Source: Malacoraja senta
Lineage: Eukaryota
DNA length: 64,000 nt
Assembly (NCBI GenBank): GCA_038087875.1
Contig: CM076002.1
Coordinates: forward strand, 186,001 to 250,000
Direction of reading: 5' to 3'
Under the pieces are notes generated by a model. It was given only the letters and a program-made list of their open reading frames with translations, was not told the DNA's origin and searched no databases. How positions within the stretch are numbered: position 1 is the stretch's first letter; each line of letters begins with the position of its first letter. Below, in pieces: positions 59,606 to 64,000 of this stretch. The position numbers and the translations under genes were made by a program.

Positions 59606-60708
59606 TCATTTTAAATATTGTGTGAACCATTTGAAACAAAGGAAACCATGTAAGCTTTAAAGTGCAAGACGACGCCACTAGGAAAATTGGAGGAATTATA
59701 TTTTGTAGTTGGAACGTCAGGGCCGTTAATGAGCCAATTAAAAGGGGTAAGGTTTTAGCCCATTTAAAATCTATTAATACAGATATAATATTTTTACAGG
59801 AGACGCATTTTCAAAAATGGAGCTCATAGCAGGCTGAAGACTAGCTGGATTGGTCAATTACTTTACTTTTCTTTTCCAAAGCAAGAGGTACTGCAATTCT
59901 AATTCACAAAGGTACACCATTTAAACACAAATCCACTATAGCCGATAAGGAAGGTAGGTACATTATAATATCTGGGGAATTACACTCAACCCCTCTTACT
60001 ATGGTGAATATCTATGCTCCTAATTTTGATAACCCACAATTTTTTTATAAAATATTTAATATAATTTCAGACTCCTGTCAGCAAAATCTGATAATTGGAG
60101 GAGACCTTAATTGTGTATTAGATCCATATTTGGATAAATCTTCACAGCAAAGGAGAAACACTTCAAAATCAAAATCCAGTGAACTTTTAAATACTTACAT
60201 AAAAAACACAAACATAACCGATGTATGGAGGATTGCCAACCCATCGGGAAGAGAATACTCTTTTTATTTAGGTGTTCACAAAACGTATATACGAATTGAT
60301 TATTTTCTGGTGGATTCAAAACTGATCCCTTTTACATTCAATCCTAAATATCACAGTAACATTATTTCTGACCATTGTCCATTAACCTTCTCCTTAAAAC
60401 TACAGTAGAAGGAATGCATAACAAAAAAACGTTTTGGAGATTTAATCCACAAATACTAACTGAGCCAGGGAGCTGTGCTTACCTGAAGCAACAGATGGAA
60501 TTATTTTATGAGACAAATGACACATCTGGTATTTCGGCTACATTATTGTGGGAATCTTTCAAGGCCTTTATCAGAGGCTGCATTATTTCGTACCAAGCTT
60601 TTCAAAACAAAAAAAACAGGTCGGAACAATTGGAATTAGAAAAACAGATTACACAGCTTGATTCAGAAAATGCGATTGATCCATCTACTGTTAAACATAA
60701 TAAGATAG

Positions 60709-61840
60709 GGCCCTCCTGAAACCCTGACTGATATCATCTTAGCTTTAGACCCCAATCGGAAGAAATGCATCTCTATTTTGTATAATTTGCTAGGGTCGGT
60801 TTTATTGAAACCTCATACCTCATTAACAGCTGCGTGGGAGGGAGAGCTGAATATGCAATTAATAGACCAGCAATGGGACTCTGCCTTGGATTTAATCCAC
60901 TCTTCTTCCATATGCGCTCGTCATGGCCTAATCCAATGCAAAGTCCTTTACAAAGTCCACTATACAAATGCAAGATTAGCTAGAATGTACCCAGCTGTCA
61001 ATGACACCTGTAACAGATGTAGTCAATCTCCTGCCAACCATAGCCACATGTTTTGGTCTTGCCCTAAACTAGCAGCCTTTTGGAGGAGTGCTTTTGAATT
61101 GATAAGCAGAGCTTACGACCAGACTATTCTTCCAAATCCAATGTCAGCCATTTTCGGTACCCCTCCCAATACCAACCTCTCTGTTGTGGTGAAACGGGTC
61201 CTAGCTTTTACAACCTTGTTAGCCCGGAGACTGATCTTGCTTAGTTGGAGGCTCACCTGTCCCCCGACACACGCCCGTTGGATTAAGGAGGTGCTTTACA
61301 ATCTGAAACTTGAAAAACTTAGGTTCTCTCTCAAAGGCTGTACCAAGACATTCCTAGATACATGGAACCCTTTCTTTGAACTGGTTAACTCTCTTCCCTT
61401 GTCCCCGGACTCGGAAGAGGACTGAGTGTTCTCCATCATCGTTTTGTTCTACAGCAGCTGCTTTCCCCTTAATCCCCCCCCCTCCCTACAATTGTTTATT
61501 TAGATATATATGTATATATATATATTTATTTATTTATTTATTATTATTATTATTTTTTTTCTATTCTTATTTTTATATAGCACATTTTGTTTCGTCTATT
61601 CTACCATTTGTGTGTGGATGTGTACGTATGTGAGTGTTGTTTGTCCCCGTTTGGCTCCGACCTGACTTGGGTGGGTTGAAGGTGGGTAAGGGTAAGGGTT
61701 TTGAGGATCGCTTACATACTGTTGTACAATTATGCCTTGATTATTACTGTCTGTTATTATTGTATGTATGTAAATTGCTGTGAAATTCAAATAAAAAGAT
61801 TAAATTCAAAACTTTAAAAAATTAAAAAAATAAAAAAAAA
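60709..61840 (+). mobile_element. 5'-truncated L1 of a different family nested in the decayed L1
   Basis: ORF2 C-terminus 60778-61425 (CNRC...H...WSC); polyA; 12-bp TSD ataataagatag (60697-60708 / 61841-61852). Confidence 0.92.
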
Positions 61841-62521
61841 ATAATAAGATAGCAGCATTTAAATTTAAATTAAATCAGATCCTCTGGGCAAAAGTTGTTA
61901 AGGTATTTCAATACACTAAGCAATTTTTTTTTCGAATTTGGTGATAAACCGCACAAACATCTGGCACGCCAACTGAGAAAAATGGAAAAAGATCATACTA
62001 TTCAAAAAATTAGATCAGAAAAAGGTGAGCTGCTCATACTTCCCAAAGATATTAACGAAAGATTCCTAAAATTCTATCAAAATCTATATGCATCAAAAAT
62101 ATCAGCCGATTCTGCAAAGATCAAAAAATTTCTTGACAATTGCTAGCTTCCATCACTTAATGAGGAGGAACGAGAAGAATTAGGTGATGAGATTACAATA
62201 AAATATATTGAAGAGACCATTAAATCACTGAATAGTGGGAAAACGCCAGGTCCAGATGGGTTCAGTAATGAATTCTATAAAAAATTCAATGATTTAATTT
62301 CCCCACGCCCACGAGCCCTTGATATACATGCTTTTAAAGAACAGACCATACCACAAACCCTTGCCAAATCAACCATTACATTGATAAATAAAAAAGACAA
62401 AAACCTTGAAGAGCCTGGATCATACAGAACAATAGCTCTTCTAAATACAGATCAGAAAATATTACCTAAGACTTTGGCAAGAAGACTAAGTTTGTACATT
62501 AGTAAATTAATACATCCAGAC

Positions 62522-62575
62522 GGGGTGGAAGATTGCAACCTTCACGTGGTCCGCCCTGTTCCTACTAATGCAATC
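62522..62575 (+). ncRNA. Minimal HDV-like self-cleaving ribozyme
   Basis: P1 GGGGUGG/CCGCCCU with G1-U wobble; P2 GAUUGCA/UGCAAUC; P3 ACC/GGU; L3 UUCACGU; vestigial P4; J4/2 CUAA. Confidence 0.85.
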
Positions 62576-62659
62576 AACTCGACGTGCACAAACGGAAGAT
62601 CAAATAGAACAAGTTGTCCAACAACTTAAGCTGTGCACGCCATGCGAAAGAAGAAGAAG
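62522..62659 (+). mobile_element. 138-bp non-autonomous retroposon with a ribozyme head and (GAA)n tail
   Basis: 13-bp TSD aatacatccagac (62509-62521 / 62660-62672) duplicating IHPD of the host L1 ORF2. Confidence 0.92.
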
Positions 62660-62886
62660 AATACATCCAGACCAAATTGGGTTTATACCTAAGCGACATT
62701 CGTTTCATAATTTGAGACGCTTGTTTAATATAATGTATTCACACAGAACGATAAATGAAGACTTAACAATTATTTCTTTAGATGCAGAAGAACCATTTGA
62801 CCAAGTAGAATGGGCGTATCTCTTTACAGTGTTGGAAAAATTCCAACTAGGAGAACATTTTATTTCATGGATAAAGCGGTTACATA

Positions 62887-64000
62887 ACATAGAAACATAG
62901 AAAATAGGTGCAGGAGTAGGCCATTCGGCCCTTCGAGCCTGCACCGCCATTTAATATGATCATGGCTGATCATCCAACTCAGTATCCTGTACCTGCCTTC
63001 TCTCCATACCCCATGATCCCTTTAGCCACAAGGGCCACATCTAACTCCCTCTTAAATATAGCCAATGAACTGGCCTCAACTACCTTCTGTGGCAGAGAAT
63101 TCCAGAGATTCACCACTCTCTGTGTGAACAATGTTTTTCTCATCTCGGTCCTAAAAGATTTCCCCTTTATCCTTAAACTGTGAACCCTTGTCCTGGACTT
63201 TCCCAACATCGGGAACAATCTTCCTGCATCTAGCCTGTCCAACCCCTTAAGAATTTTGTAATTTTCTATAAGATCCCCCCTAACTCTTCTAAATTCTAGG
63301 AAGTACAAGCCGAATCTATCCAGTCTTTCTTCATATGAAAGTCCTGACATCCCAGGAATCAGTCTGTACTCCCTCTATGGCAAGAATGTCTTTCCTCAGA
63401 TTTGGTGACCATAACTGTACACAATACTCCAGGTGTGGTCTCACCAAGACCCTCTACAACTGCAGTGGAACCTCCCTGCTCCTATACTCAAATCCTTTTG
63501 CTATGAACGCTAACATACCATTCACTTTCTTCACTGCCTGCTGCACCTGCATGCCTACTTTCAATGACTGGTGTACCATTACACCAAGGTCTCGTTGCAT
63601 CTCCCCTTTTCCTAATCGGCCACCATTCAGATAATAGTCTACTTTCCTGTTTTTGCCACCAAAGTGGATAACCTCACATTTATCCATATTATACTGCATC
63701 TGCTATGCATTTTCCCACTCACCCAGCCTATCCAAGTCACCTTGCAGCCTCCTAGCATCCTCCTCACAGCTAACACTGCCCCCCAGCTTCGTGTCATCCG
63801 CAAACATGGAGATGTTGCATTCAATTCCCTCATCCAGTTCATTAATATATATTGTAAATAGCTGGGGTCCCAGCACTGAGCCTTGCGGTACCCCACTAGT
63901 CACTGCCTGCCATTTTGAAAAGGACCCGTTTACTCCTACTCTTTGCTTCCTGTTTGCCAGCCAGTTCTCTATCCGCATCAATACTGAACCCCCAATACTG
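62887..64000 (-). mobile_element. CR1 family B-related copy, 3' part, running off the window
   Basis: [14 protein letters not shown] and C-terminal GYGEKAGTGY; (catagaaa)n tail at 62887. Confidence 0.93.

Larger units (their letters stand above)
55703..62885 (+). mobile_element. Decayed L1-clade LINE (5'UTR, ORF1, long spacer, ORF2 5' half) with nested insertions
   Basis: 5' end resembles the L1 at 16532; ORF1 remnants 55870-56852; ORF2 remnants 59690-60708 and 61853-62885. Confidence 0.9.

Overview
Vertebrate genomic DNA, probably a cartilaginous fish such as a skate (inferred from the repeat repertoire only). Most of the window is transposable elements. The only host gene is a minus-strand short-chain dehydrogenase (RDH11/12/DHRS13-like). 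Its first coding exon is present twice (45975-46152 and 41627-41804), followed by a ~40.8-kb TE-filled intron, then exon 2 (618-856) and exon 3 (157-246), which carry apparent 1-nt indels. The repeats are several CR1 families, L1-clade LINEs, Rex1-like and Vingi-like fragments, a Gypsy LTR element split by nested insertions, a hAT transposon, a non-autonomous Helitron, MITE/foldback elements, Penelope ends and SINEs. Four observations stand out. (1) A 138-bp TSD-flanked retroposon (62522-62659) begins with 54 nt that fold into a complete minimal HDV-like self-cleaving ribozyme, starting exactly at the element's 5' boundary. (2) An in-frame U_UUA_AAC slippery heptamer joins CR1 ORF1 to an ORF2 that has no AUG before its endonuclease domain, in two copies. 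(3) A Penelope terminus carries a minimal hammerhead motif. (4) The SDR first exon is duplicated. All coordinates were read by eye and no database searches were run.
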